From: Pseudovirgaria hyperparasitica
Taxonomy: Eukaryota
Assembly: GCA_010093815.1 (NCBI GenBank)
Contig: ML996566.1
DNA length: 64,000 nt
Strand: one strand, 5' to 3'
Positions 24,116 through 37,700 of the stretch are shown piece by piece; within the stretch, counting starts at the first letter, position 1; each line of letters starts with the position of its first letter. The notes beneath the pieces are model-generated. The model worked only from the letters and a program-made list of their open reading frames with translations. It searched no databases and was not told the origin of the DNA. The position numbers and the translations under genes are program-made.

Positions 24116-26278
24116 ATGGAGCCGAGTCTGACTCCTGATGAAGAACGCCATGCTTCGCGTGTCTCAAAGGCATGCCAAAGATGCCGATCATTGAAGGCAC
24201 GATGCCTACCTAGTGACCAGGAAGGAATCTGTCAACGGTGGGTGCCCACAGACAACACAACATTCACCAATACTGAATGTAATCTCAGATGTTACAAGTC
24301 TAGGAGGGAATGTGTTTGGACTGATGCGCAGCAAAGAGTAAGAAAAGCGCGGGCGCCGTCGTGAGTGTCACCAGTCACAAGCCTACGGTTCTACTGTCGT
24401 CCCTCAATATTCACAATCCAGGCGAATTTCTCAAGTCGAACAAAAGATAGACGGCCTCGTGGCTCGCATCACCGAAAGGAATGTTGCCGAATATCCTTCC
24501 CCTGCAGCCACGTCCTCAGGTGAACCCTCGACACCTGCAGCTCTGCGTCCTGATCGCACTCCAGTTCTGCAAGCTTCTAGGACTTTGCGCCATGCTCGGA
24601 ATGAATCAGAGAATGATAAGGGATCCGAACCACCTATTTCCTTACCTGATCTATCCAATATGCACTCTTTTGGCATCAGTGCAGATGTGCCAAAGCCAAC
24701 GAACCCTCACGCAAAGATGCCCAGAAAGCAAGACGATCGGCTCAGACAGGGCATCCTCGCACATGCTGATGCAGAGATGCTCCTCGAGGAGTACCGGGCT
24801 ATGGCTCCTTCATTTCCTTTCGTTCCAGTCTCATCGAGTGTATCGATTGAGGACCTTCGATCGCAGAAGCCCATGTTGTTATTCGCAATCATGACTGCTG
24901 CTTCACGGAAGAACCGAGCTCTTCAGCAAGTATTGGAGAAGCGCTTTCGACAAGAAATTGCGCTTAGAACTATTGTGCAACCTGCGAAGGATATTACGCT
25001 CCTTCAGAGTATCCTCGTATACTTGGCTTGGTATGTTTCCCACAACTCAGCATTCGTCTCGGTATGCTGACAAGCCTAGGTACCATTACTACCTGGACTA
25101 TGCGCTGGAGAACGGCGCTACCATCCCACATCTATGCATGAGTCTTACAATAGAGCTACGTCTCGACCCGGGCTTCAGCGCACATATGCTTGGCGGGTCG
25201 AAGGGAATGCCACTCACGAAGAGCGGCGCTGAATTGCGAGAAGAACAGCGGACTCTACTTGGCTGCTACTTCCTGTGTTCTATGTGAGACATTTGATCGG
25301 CCTTTGCCATATGAGCATATCTGACCGACGTAGTATTGCAAGCGGCTACCAGCGGCCAAACACGTTCAAGCGTTCTCGGTATATGTTTGAAAGTGCCCAG
25401 GAGTTATCTGCAGACAAGGAGCTGGAGGCTGACCATCTACTCGCACCTCTCGTGGAATCACGCCATATAGACGACGAGATATACGCCGCGTTCCATGGAG
25501 AAACACCCCTTCCGAGTGATCAGATAGCCACCCAGGTATACGCCTGGCAAACAAAACTCCAAGCCTGGAAAACCGAGCTACAGCACACCAACCACAGACG
25601 TGCGTAGAAATACACACACCATCCTCCGCCCAATTTCAAAATACTGACTCTCACAATCCAGTCCTCAGCCTCACCATCCACCCCATCGAGGCAAACCTCT
25701 CCCTCGCCCTCCTCCACTCCCACTCCGACCCAACCCCAACCCTCCAAGCCTGCAAATCCCACCTCGACACACTCCTCTCCACACCCGCTGAATCCTACCC
25801 ACTCCTCTCCTACCCCGAATGGACCACCCTACCACACACCATCATGACGCTCGCAACGCTCTGCATCCCCAGCAGCACGCATCCCCCCGACTGGCTCGCC
25901 GCACAAGCCCACGACCGCGTGCGTCTCGACCTCTACCTCGAGGCTCTCTGCTTCAGAGCCCAGTCCTGCTCGGTCTACTGCCCGCCCGACAGGCCTGACG
26001 TCGACTACTGGGCCGCTCTCAAGACCGTGCTTGTTGCTGTCGGGCGCTGGTACAAGAAGATGGTGGACGCGGCCGGGGCGCGCGATGTGCCGTTTCGTTG
26101 TCCGGGCCGCTTTATGGCCGGGCGTGTGGCTGCGCGGGCGTCGTCGCAGCATGTGAATGCGGGTGATGCTCTTGCAGATACACACCCGGGTTTGAGTATG
26201 CACGACGCGGATCTCTTTGCGGATATGGATCTGTGGATCGACTCGGGGGATTTCCTAGGCCTTGGCGATGTAATTTAG
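24116..26278 (+). CDS. Zn(II)2Cys6 fungal transcription factor
   Basis: ACQRCRSLKARC..GICQR|CYKSRRECV, coiled-coil VEQKIDGLV, FPFVP and LLQSILVYLAW middle region. Several introns; divergent from the DJ-1 gene. Confidence 0.88.
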
Positions 26279-26399
26279 CAAGTCTGAGACGGAGACATAC
26301 TATCTCAGGCAGGGTGTGTGCAGTAATCAGTCGTAACAATCTTGGATATAAGGGAAAATCTATGAATCAAGAATACTATATATTGACCTTTGCGATATT

Positions 26400-26720
26400 C
26401 TTATACCGAGCTTGAGGAGGTTATCGATATATAGGAAAATAGTATATACATAATTTGTATCCTCAAGATACTTTCCTTAGACCTGACAGTCTACACTCTA
26501 TACATGTCGTACTAAGATACTCTAGGACCTAGCGTGTTACCTCCTATCTGGTAGAATACCACAAGTACTAATTAGTATTACTATTTCTTATGCACCAAGC
26601 ACTATAATGTATACCTCAATCTATAAATAAGACCCACATCCAAGTCCTAAAAATTATAGAGTATAACCCAGATTATAAAAACGATAACCAAGCTCTAGCT
26701 AGCTAGCTAATACATGAACT
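26400..26720. other. AT/TpA-rich RIP-like relic
   Basis: Abrupt AT-rich, TA-dinucleotide-rich non-coding stretch between convergent genes. Confidence 0.5.
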
Positions 26721-26738
26721 ATACAAAATCCACGCTCC

Positions 26739-27981
26739 TCAGGCCGCTGCACCCCCAACATCCCTCCTTAACACATCCAACAGCCTTCTCTCATCCACCA
26801 CCTCCTCCGCCTCACGCACGCTCCCATCTACTTGAGCGCCCCTATCCTCTGCCCCCGCAAACATCTCATCTGCCTCGCGCCGCACCTTTTCCAGCTGCTG
26901 CAAATAGTCGCTTTCCAGCACGTATCCGCTGGGAAGCGCGTCTGGTGGCTGTAGCAGTGCGTAGATGGTTGGATACTCGAGAATGGTACGGGACGCGAGG
27001 AGGGTGTGGAGGGTTGATGTGCGGTCGAGGGGGATCAGGATGGTGTCGGTGCCAAAGGTGTGCGGCCGGTGCAGGTAGAAGTGGTGGTGTTTGTCAGTCG
27101 AGACGGGTTTTTTCTGGGGCGCAGATGATGGCGTTCGTGTTTGTGCTTGCGATGTGGTGGTATTCGAGCCGTTGGTGTCTGTAGATGGCGAGTCTGAGAT
27201 TGCCGTCGAGTCCTGCGCGTCGTGCGGCTGCGGCTGGTCTTCATGTCTATTTTCAGCACACAGGCTTGATTCATCTGCTGCTCCGTCTACCTGTGCGAAG
27301 ACCTTCCTCCGCCGCTTTCGACTCTCCGGCTGCGGCGGTGCGCCATCCTCCCCGCGTGCACGCTTGTTCCGCAGCTCGCGAAAGTGCTGGAAATACGCCT
27401 CTGCCAGCGGTCTCGTGTCACGCACGTCATGATCCAGCGATTTCGAAGCATCATCATGCACCCACTCCACCGTCCAGATGAACACTCTATCCCTACCCAC
27501 CCACCACACATCAGCCACAACGCTCACCAGTAAAACGAGAACAAGAAACTCACTTCTTCACCCACCGCGTCCGATTCGCCCGCTGCCTCGCCATGCCCAC
27601 AGGCGCCTTATGCACCACCACGCGCGTCTCCGCTATCCTCTCCACAAACCTCTCTCCTCGCGCCTTCGCATTCGGTACTCCACTACTCGCCTTCGCCCTC
27701 TCCTCCCGTCTCCGGTCCACATCATCCTCCATCCGCCCAACACCCCTCTCGATTCCGGACAGGAAGTTGTAGTCGTGGTCCACGCCCGCCGGCGTGGCGA
27801 TCTTGCTGCGCGGTACAAAAGCGGTTGGGTCGCGCACGCCGGAGCACGTGGCGCGCTGCTTGTGTTTCTTGCAGCAGGGCAGCGAGCACGTGCGGGTGGC
27901 GCAGCGCGGACAGGTGTATTTGGGGATGCTGGTGTGGCAGATGGTGCAGAGATCGCTGAGTAGTGGTTCGGATGAGACCAT
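26739..27981 (-). CDS. BCD1: Box C/D snoRNA protein 1 (zf-HIT; Bcd1/ZNHIT6)
   Basis: CTIC..PKYTCPRC.TRTCSLPCCKKHK...CSGVRDP, DYNFLSGIER; intron ~27487-27553 then FIWTVEW; C-terminal TILEYPTIY. Confidence 0.9.
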
Positions 27982-29430
27982 GACTACTACAGTGCTGGAC
28001 TGCGAGCTGAGAGACGGATGTTTAATGTAAAGCGCGTTGATGGGTGGGCCGTTTGTGTGTTGCGCGCGCTGGGATTGGAGTCAATGCGAGAGATATAGGA
28101 CCCTGCGGATATTTTTTGAGTATATTAATGTTGTTGATAAACTGTTACAAAGGCGTGGATGTCAAAGGATAAAATTATATTGGGGCTTGACGTCACGTGG
28201 TGAAATCTCAGGGTTCATAGCGGACTCGATAGCTAGCGTGTTTTATGGGGTTAGTGGATCCGAGTCAATATACGCTAACCTGTTTCATACCCATCCCCCA
28301 TCGTAAACCAGATCCCAAGGTCATTATAACAACATGACATTAAAAAAAGAGCGATAACTGCATTTAGTATGTATCAGCAGCATATAGCGAACTTGCATAC
28401 GGATTAGCACATCCGTAGCCTCGACATCTAGCGCAAAGCCAGTCACAACAAGCAACGAACAATATTTCGCAGCACACAACTCGATATATATGGCACTTCC
28501 AAAGCAAAGCATGACTACTCTTCCGCTCTCCCTCTCTTCCTCTACCATTCGTGTCCTCTCCGACCTGGAAATTACAAAATCCCAAACATTCCATCTGAAA
28601 CAATACGCCGAAGTCTCAGCCCAACCAAAACTATCTCGCGTGTCCCCAAAACAAAGTCCGACTCAATCATCCTCGCGGCAAGTCAGAAAATCAGAATATT
28701 CCTACTTTCCTAGAAGGCCAAAAAAGACATAATCGCGTCCATCGGGTTGTGTGCGCCGCCGTGAGGCAGTTCCTATCTAGTCCTTGTTTCCCACTGCGAA
28801 AGAAAATCGTCCCCCTATCCGTCGCTAAGCCGATACAGCTACAAAGTCCCACTTCAGTTGCTGATTGTATTCCATTCCTCTCTCTTCAAGCCCCTCCGGC
28901 TCCGGGCTCAGACAAATTCGGCAGGTAGTTGTGTCAGATTGCGAACAAGATTGCACGAACTACCAATAACAAGCAAAGATCAGGACCAGAACTGTACAAG
29001 ATAGCTAAGGAAGATATAAAGGGCTTCGTAGAACGTAGTAAACCCCAAGAGTATAAACAATCTTGGTAGACTTTTGCGATCAGCCGGATCGGCTCGATCG
29101 GAGAGTTTCTTCGAATGTAAGAAGTTGCATTGACAGCCTTTATCCTGGTGGTCGAGCTGGATCTCCAGTTCTATTACTGGGTATCGAGAGTGTAGATGAA
29201 CGTGTTTGGTGGTATATGACGCATAGTTGAGAAAATCGGGCACGTGCTGAATCTGAGAATGCGACAGAAGACAAGTAACGCCCGCTCGCTAAATAGATCG
29301 ACGAAAGGGATGAAATGATTCCAGCGTAGAATTCGAAATGGTCATGAACAGTCGTTTCAGTAGTATGTGTCAAGATTGGAGAAGATCATATAATGTTAGT
29401 CGTCAGTAGACACATCGGACCAGAAATGTA

Positions 29431-32400
29431 TCAGATCATATTCGGGGGAGCAGCGCCCCATTGAAGGTAGTCAGGAGGCATGTTGGCTCGAATCTCTTTT
29501 GGCCCTCTGACGTAGCCAATGGAGGGCTGTTGCTGTTCCAGAGACTGACCGTGTGAGAATGCAGGGAGGAGTGGCTGTATGTCGCTGATACTCTCAGAGG
29601 AGGAGCTCTTCCCATGGGAAACGCTGCCCCGCCGGTGGAGATCCATGGGTGGGATGCTCTCGTAGGGAGAATGGTGATGAGGGTCGACAGGAGGCGACTT
29701 GTTCTGCGAGCGCGAGGCACTGCGCATACGTTCAGTCACTCCTCGAAGTCGACTGCCGATGCTTTCACTGACACTGCCACGACCACGTCGGTGACCATTG
29801 ACAGGGGACGTGGTTGTGACGGGAGCTTGAAGTACTGGAGGCGGTGGCGGTGGGATATCCGAAATAGGCATCACATTCCCATTCATCTCATCAATAGCAA
29901 TATTGATCACACCCGAGCCAAGTGTTGATGGCGAGTTGCTGTTTGGAAACATAGGCGGTGGAGGTGGAGGGGGTGGTGTGGAGAGATGGCGAAGCTCTGG
30001 AAGCATTGGCGGTGTGGTAGGTCCACCTTCAATGACAATAATTTGATTATCACCGCTAATGGTCTCGTCTATGCTGGCTCGAATGGTTGGGCTAATGCGA
30101 TTGGCATTAGCAATGGCCGCTGCAGCTCCACTGGAGATCCGGCGTGAATGGGGATTGCCAAATTGTGCACTGTAGTGGCCATGTGTGGGACTGTTCTTTT
30201 CGATAGGGGCAGACATAGTCAAGGTCCGAGACGGCGGCTTTGTCACAGGTTGACCGTATGTGGTTGAAGGCAGGAGTGGCGCCAGGTCGTCGCCGGGTAC
30301 AGCAGGCGGCTGCTCTCCAAGAGGGCTTCTTTGCATATTGCTTGGGATCTGGGGTACATCTGGAACATCTCGGTCCTGGTCTTGACTCATGTAACGAGGA
30401 TGCCGCATAGCCCTTGGAGTTGCGGGAAGGCCTATCGGTGTGGATGGAGTAGAGTGGCCGAATGTAGTCTTTGGAGGACCTTTGTACCGACCAGCAAACT
30501 CTGGTTCGGCTGTTTGACTTCGAGGTACCCGGTCAGCATAGGAGAAAGATGGAAGAGCAGAGGTTGGGCTATTTCCAAATTCATTGTTGCTGTTCGCGCG
30601 CTCCATGATAGGTCTTGCAAAATCTCCTGGCAAAGGAATCACAGGAGCGGATGGCCGGCGTGCCAAAGACAAACGCCGTTCTTCTAGCTCACGTTGAGCC
30701 TGCTCTTTCCTAGCTTGGACTGATGAATCAACAGTGAAGTCTGTAGTAAGCCTGGGCAATGCAGTAGTGCTGCTGTTCTTGAACGTCGTAGGAGGAAGTA
30801 TTCCATCTGGCGACGTTGGGGCAGTCTCACGACGTCGACTTTGCTCTCTTGTGCCTGGCCGACGGCTGGAGGATCGCTCTCGTGGTACTCGGCGGTCTGG
30901 CGATCTCTCTCTACGCGAACTGGTACCACGCTCGCCAGGTCGTTGGCTTCTGCTTCGCTGCCGTAGTCGTCTCTCGGTGTCCGCTACTGCACCGTCCTTT
31001 AAATCCTCTTCATCTTCACGATAGAATTGTGCCTGAGATGACATTGGTAGTGGCGAGGAGGGCGATCTTGCATGCGAGGTTTCCAGGATCAGCGTTCGGC
31101 CCCTTATATCACTAGGAGCCCCTCTATCGGTACTACGCTGTCTACTACGGTTACGGCTTGCAGTCCTACTCGATGCTTTGATTCGATCGGGCGATCTGGC
31201 TTTCCTAGACATTTTCGATGACGCTCGAACTGAGCTGGAATCAGCAGCTTTGCTGCGACTGCGCACGCGTCCAGTTCTCGAACTCTTCGACTCTGTTGGT
31301 GACGTGACCTTGTAATACTGCTCAGCATCGAATGTCTCAGCCTGCGACGAGAACAGATGCGCGTCGTCAGGAGACATTGACACTGGAGAAGATGGAGACC
31401 TCTTCGCAGGTTTGATGTACTTGACTCCTGCTGCTCGTCCGCGGGACTCGGAAGCTTGTCGACTGCGACTGGTTGGCTCACGGCTCGTACCGCGTTTCCG
31501 ACTTTCAGCCCGCTGCTGTCGAGCATGATGACTAGCCTCATCTAAGCTGCTGATATACTGATCAATGCTTCGGATCTTGGCACTTTTCAGACTTCCTCCC
31601 ATGCTGTGGCCAGTAAGTGGCGGGCTGGGTTCATTCGCGATGGATCGGACTGAAGAGGGATGAGCTTCCCTAATCACCATGTCACCCATATCTAGGTGCA
31701 AATCGCCTGGCTTTCTGCTGCGAGACCCATTTCTGGAGCGCGACTCCTGCAGAGCAGTGAACACACCGACAGCAGGAGATGGCAACGATGTCCCAGTACT
31801 GGCCGTAGATTTGGTGGGATCATAAGCAACAGCACTCAATAGAAATGGCTCCTTTGCGCTACTTGAAGCGCTCCGCCTGTGCAATGGAATCTCAATTTCG
31901 ATTCCCTTCTGGTTCTCAATTGCTGTCTGAGGGGTTTGTCGACGCGTTGGAGGCACGATTGGGGTAGGCTCTACAGAAGTGCTTCTGTCCACATCCGAAC
32001 GGGACGGGTAACGCTTTCGTCTGGTGTACGATCCGGGAGTGGCAGTGCGAGCGGAGGACGGCTCTCTCATGCCACGAGCTTGTCGAGCCCATGGTGTGGC
32101 ACCTCCGGGAGAGATGGCCGATTCAGCGATAGGTGTGATACCAAGGTTCATAGGTGTCATCTCATCAGTTGTAGATCGCTGTCCGGCGCCTCCGCCGGGA
32201 TTGAAGCTGGTGATAAGCTTAAGCGACGAGTTCTTCATGCGGCTTGGCATGCCTGCAGACGGTGGTGAGAGAGGAGGGCTAAGCTGGGATCCCAACACCG
32301 ACTCCTTCTGTGCATGAAATACAGCATCTTGAGCGGCAGGTGAGAACCATGGTTCCGCTGACTCCAAACTTGTGCACGAAAAGCAGCGGACTGCCAACTC

Positions 32401-34768
32401 TGGTTGCTTATGTGCAACCGCGACCTCACCCCATTTTCGAACCAGATAAGATTGTCGTTGCCAATCGTTGGGAAACATGAGGCATGTCAAGAGAACTGCT
32501 TCCAGGTAGTACCTACGAGACACATAGACCTCGATTGCATCGTTCTGTTCTCCAAGGCCAAGGAGGATCGCAGCGGCTGGATGGATATCCCCTTTCTCTA
32601 AGAGACGCTGAGTGAAAGCTTGACCGACCTTCTTCTGAGAATCTGCACCCATAGCGCTTAGGGCTAGTAGCATCCAGTCTGAAGAAGACATGGATTCAGA
32701 ACCGATCATAGATGCCATGATGTCTGAGCCATCGTCACCCAGCCACTTGGAAAGTAAAATCGCACTTGCGGATCCGGCCTTGTGACGTGCGACTAAAATC
32801 AGTTAGTAAGTACATCACCGAAAGCGAGCCATGGAGATCTTACGTTGATCACGAATCAGTGCCTCCACCGTGTCATCCCAGCCGAAGACGACAGATATCA
32901 TTTGCTGTCTCATTTCGTCCACTGTTCTCTCAGAGCTGTAGGTAGGCGTCTGGTATGGTACCTCCGATAAGCGTGCTTTCACAAATGGGAAGAGATCAAC
33001 ATGAGTTTGGGGCTCTTCCCGCATCTTTTGGTATTCTCTCCGGAGCGAGGAAGGTTTATACGCGGAAGATGAGGCAGCTGAAGAGGTAGATCTGATAGAT
33101 ATACTCTCGTGACCAGAACGCTTCGAAGAGCCTACAGAAAATATTGTTCCTGTGCTTTCACTCGAAGTGGCCGACAGTCTCGTCGATGAAGGCTTATCAT
33201 ACCTGTATCTCCTCCGAGCGCCACCTGACGATCTTGAACTCATTGACGCTCTGCTTGAGGTTGGACTAAGGGGCCCAACACGATCACGGCGCTCTTCTTC
33301 TAGCTGATCCATTTCTTGAGCTATCCTTTGGAGTGGTGACATTGTACCAGCTTCATTCTCACTACTCGTGGTATCACCATAGGGGGCCGATGCACCCGAA
33401 GTCTCCGATTGGCTTGACAGCTCTGAAGAGGTGTCCTGCGGAATCGGCGGCTGCTGCTGACGCGCCTTGAGCTCATCTATTGAGTTGGGCGGAGAAGGAG
33501 GCGTATTTGCGGGAACATGCTGTACATTCTGTACTAGTTGGGGAGTTCCGTTCGGATTAATGTCATATTGTTGTACCGTATGATTACGACCAAGCGTAAA
33601 CAACGTTGCTGTTGGTCCATAGTTTGTAATTCCCACTATATCAGGGATGGTAGGCACAGTGTCAAATGAGACTCTTTTCGTTCTGACATCCCACGCGTAT
33701 GTTTGGCTATGTTACGTCAGTTGCTTGTTGGCTTGTGGTCTGAGCGTCCCGCGCCCAGTGCCATGGTATGGAAGCCGCGCCGCAACGGGATCTAGGAGAG
33801 GAACTTACCCTTCGGAATACTGTACAATGCGCCCAGTCTTTGACCAGTTGAACCAAACAGGACCACTTTCTCGAACTTCGGTTTTGCAGAGAACGCGAAT
33901 TACACATGGAGGATCTCCTGCATGCGGAGCTTTAGGAACGCTCCAAACTCGTAAATCTCCATCCTGAGTCTGGGTCGCAAGCATCTCCGATTTCTGCCTA
34001 GATGATGATCCGTGCCAAGACAGGCCTATGATGGGTGATGGTGATCTCGGCGTGGTTAGTGTGTGCAGGATGGTAAAAGCGGGCTGAAGGGTGGCAATCA
34101 GGATTGATCCGTTGAGGTATCTAAAACAGTCAGCATCACACGGTGGTACTGCATAATCGTTGACTGATAGGCTTACCCGATAGCGAATGTACGGCAATCC
34201 GCGACCGGTGCCAAAGCAGTGATGGGGTCGAAAATAGTTCGCGCGGACACATGCTCTGACGTCGAGGGCTCAAAGAGTATAACGTTTCCTTGTGAATTGC
34301 CTTGTGGAATTATGAGTTTGAAGTCAAGGCTTTGAGGGGAGAATAGGTCTTACCGAATGCGACGTTGCCGTTACGCATCCATGCCGCCACCCGGATATGC
34401 TCATAGGAGGCGAACCGGGCCACTTCGTCGCCAGTCAAGAGGTCCCATACGATGGCTGTGTTTCCAGTATCGTAGCTCACGACCAAGCGGCCGGCGCCTC
34501 TCTCACTGATGTTGTCAACATATATCCACACGACGTCTTCACGGTGACCTGTGAATCTCCGCTCGATTGCCAATGTATCATGGTGGAGACAGAGGATTAC
34601 GTTTCTTTGGGCGTAGAGGAAGAAGGAAGCTGTCGCAGCGCTCGGTTCAAAGCCGACGTCGTCCTGCTTTGGCGTGATGCTCGGGGCAGGCGGAGGAATT
34701 AGATTTGCCGACTTGTTTGAGCTCCGCGAGGCCGAACGCTGTCGCGAGGACAGAGGAGCAGTCGACAT
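29431..34768 (-). CDS. Large WD40-repeat protein with helical (Gemin5-like TPR) region and long S/R/P-rich disordered tail
   Basis: Consecutive minus-strand ORF segments joined by canonical introns. WD signatures (GHREDV..IVWD, DLRVWSV); helical segment HPAAAILLGLGEQNDAIEVYV. Confidence 0.8.
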
Positions 34769-37700
34769 ATCGCCCGGATGATAGCAATTTTATTGAACTG
34801 TCAATCGGGCAACAGTCTTATGGCGAGGGGCATGAAGCCGTGGGGAGGAGATGGCAGTCCGGGAATAGGTCGACGCAGAAGAAGAAGAGGGGATGCCAGC
34901 GAATTCTAATGGAATACCTAGACCTAGTACAGTGAACCCTGGGCAGAGCGCTAGAGACAGGGGAGTTGTGGGTTGCGGAGTGAGGTCTCTCTTGGGGTCC
35001 CGTCAAACGGTACGGCGAATAGTAGGCGGTCTGGGTAAGCCCATAAATTGAGCACTGGGGTACCTGAGTAGAATGGGCACAAGCTGCATGCGCGCGTCCG
35101 GAGAAAATGAGAGGAAGCGAGTACAGAGTAAGAGAGCTGCAGGCGAGTACAAAGAGGAGTAGACGCGGAGGAGAAGGGTGTAGAAGAAAGCAATGGGAAA
35201 GGTAACGGTTGAAGCTCTGTCTGCTCAGGCTGGCGAACAGGGTCCTTGAGGCCGATGAGGTCGAATCAAGAGCCGGCGCTTAGAATGGCAGATCTAGTTT
35301 AAAAGGTGGACAGCCAGCCGCGGATGGCATTGGGGGAACGAGGCAGCATGACTACTGACTAGTCTAAGCCGAGCAGTGGGATTGGGATGATGCCGTCCGG
35401 CACCAGCAGAGATGAGGCGCTCAAACGGCCGGGGTTGCACGGCTCGAGTGAATCAAGCTTGTAGGACTGGCCAACAGTGGCTTGTACATGTGCTCTCGCA
35501 TGCGGTAAAGCGCGGTGGAATTATACAGGCCTTTTCGCCTAGCTCGGCCACACGGCGGAGGGGAATGATAGACGACAATGCGTGGCGAGTGGGAGCAGCG
35601 AATGAAAGCCGAGGCCAAGGTATAATGGTTAGATAATAGAACATTCATTCAATACACGCAGTAACCAGCAGTTGGAGAGAGGTCGCACAGACGAAGGTGC
35701 CTGCATCATCTTTACTGTGGGTTGTTAACGTGGAGTGGAGAGATATATTTGGGGGGGAGGGGGGGAGGGTAGGGGGTTAGGGAGGGATAACTAGGGTGGA
35801 AGTTAAGATGCAGCATGCATGATGGCAGTGAGAATAGCAATAGTAGCAGTAGCAGAGTGGCAGTGATAGAGAGACAGTGACATTTCATGTTAGTTTGTGG
35901 AGAGATTGTGTAGAGATAGACAAGCAGTAAGAAGATGTTAAAGTGTCAAAGGGCAGATAGTGCGTGTTTGGGCGTTTGGTGCTAGAGCAGCAGGACAAGC
36001 GCTCCGGCTCGCGATTGGGCGGATGCGCGTGCCTTCCCGAATCACACATTCACTTTCCAAGGCCCAATCACCAATCACCGTGCGCAGGTCCGTCCCGCAC
36101 AATGACAAGCATCCTTCGGCTCCATCGCGCCTTCCCTCTTCCGTCCGCCCTCCCACAGTCTCTTCTCTGATTGGCCAGATGTCCAACACCCGTCATTACA
36201 TACCAACCTAGCTATACCCTTTCATCATCATACCATTTTCGCACTTGAAGGCAAATCCCAAGCAATTTCCCACGAGGAACTGCTGCAAGTGTGCTGTGCC
36301 TCCCATAGTCTGAGCCTTGCTTTATTTATAGCCCATCGTAAAACAGTTCGATCAATCCAGGCACGCCAGCCTTAATCTCGATTCCTAACATCTCGTCGGT
36401 GGCGCCTCTAGATGCCAGATGCCGATACAAGAACTCACCATCTAACAAGATGGTGAGAGGTGTTCGGGTCTCACGGTGGTAAAATCATCAGGCCAAGTAT
36501 CGACATGTACCAGCACTGCACGGCGTCCCATCACTCAGCATTGTGATCCACTGCCTTCCATGCTCTCCAACACTCCAGTTGGCCGCCTGCAAACCGACCG
36601 CCAGTCTCACACATTGCTACTACGCATGCGCATGACGTCCCGCCAGTGTTGCGCGAGTTTTGACAGGCTGGGGTTCGACATGCTGAAATGCATCACTCGG
36701 CCATTCGGGCTGCTCTGTTCAACATTCGCTTGCGACCTCCTTGCACTCTGCTGCTTCGAGAATCCTGTGTCGGCATTGCGCAGGATCCATCGGTCACTTG
36801 ACCTGGCTCTTTGAGCGTCCTCGCAATGTGACTGGGCGTCGATGGCGATATGTTGATATTAGCACCGGATCAAAACACGAAAGCCCTGACCATCACCGTG
36901 TCACAGCTACATAAGTATATCCATCCAAGACTGTTGGGACAGCCACGACACGTGCCCTAATACTGGCCTTGCATCTTGCAGCATCCTCCACGTCGTGTGC
37001 ACGCCTTTTACTACTTCTAGCAACGCCTCGTTGCCTCGCTGTGGCAATGTTGGGCAGCTGCCAGAAATAGCTTCCTCAATAGTGCGGACAAAGCATCGTC
37101 AAGCTGCTCGTCAAGTAGACTGTACAACAAACGCTTAGATAGCTGCAGCATGCTGGTCGATTGGCCACGACATGTCCGACTCGTCCTGTCGGCGACTCAT
37201 GCAACCATCAGGTGAGAATATAGCAAGCTTTCACTTCGACCCTTGCACGAAGCACCGGACCCTGGACATATAAACCTAATCTGTATCTATCTCGACAATT
37301 TGCCGGTTCCTTATATTATACAGGACAGGACAGGACAGGACACAGGACAGGACCACTTCTTTTATTTGTCAAAGGACCCATACATAGTACAGTCATTGTT
37401 ACAATTTTGCTCTTTCAATTGCAAACGGCACCAGCACGAACTCCCGTCATCTTCACAATTCAATCACATCCTTCGTCACAGTCGAACCGAGAGCATGGCG
37501 CAGCAGTCCCTGCACTGCAGCTACTCATGCTTTCCCCTCACCATTTGAACAACACAGCATATCGACACCACGTCTCTGGTCCGAGTCCCACCATTCACAC
37601 ACGACCCAAGCCGCAGTTCACCGTCGTTTTTCCTCCCTCTTCTCCCCCGTAATCATCAATGTAACACTAAAATCCGAGCGGAACGCACGTTGCAGATCAT

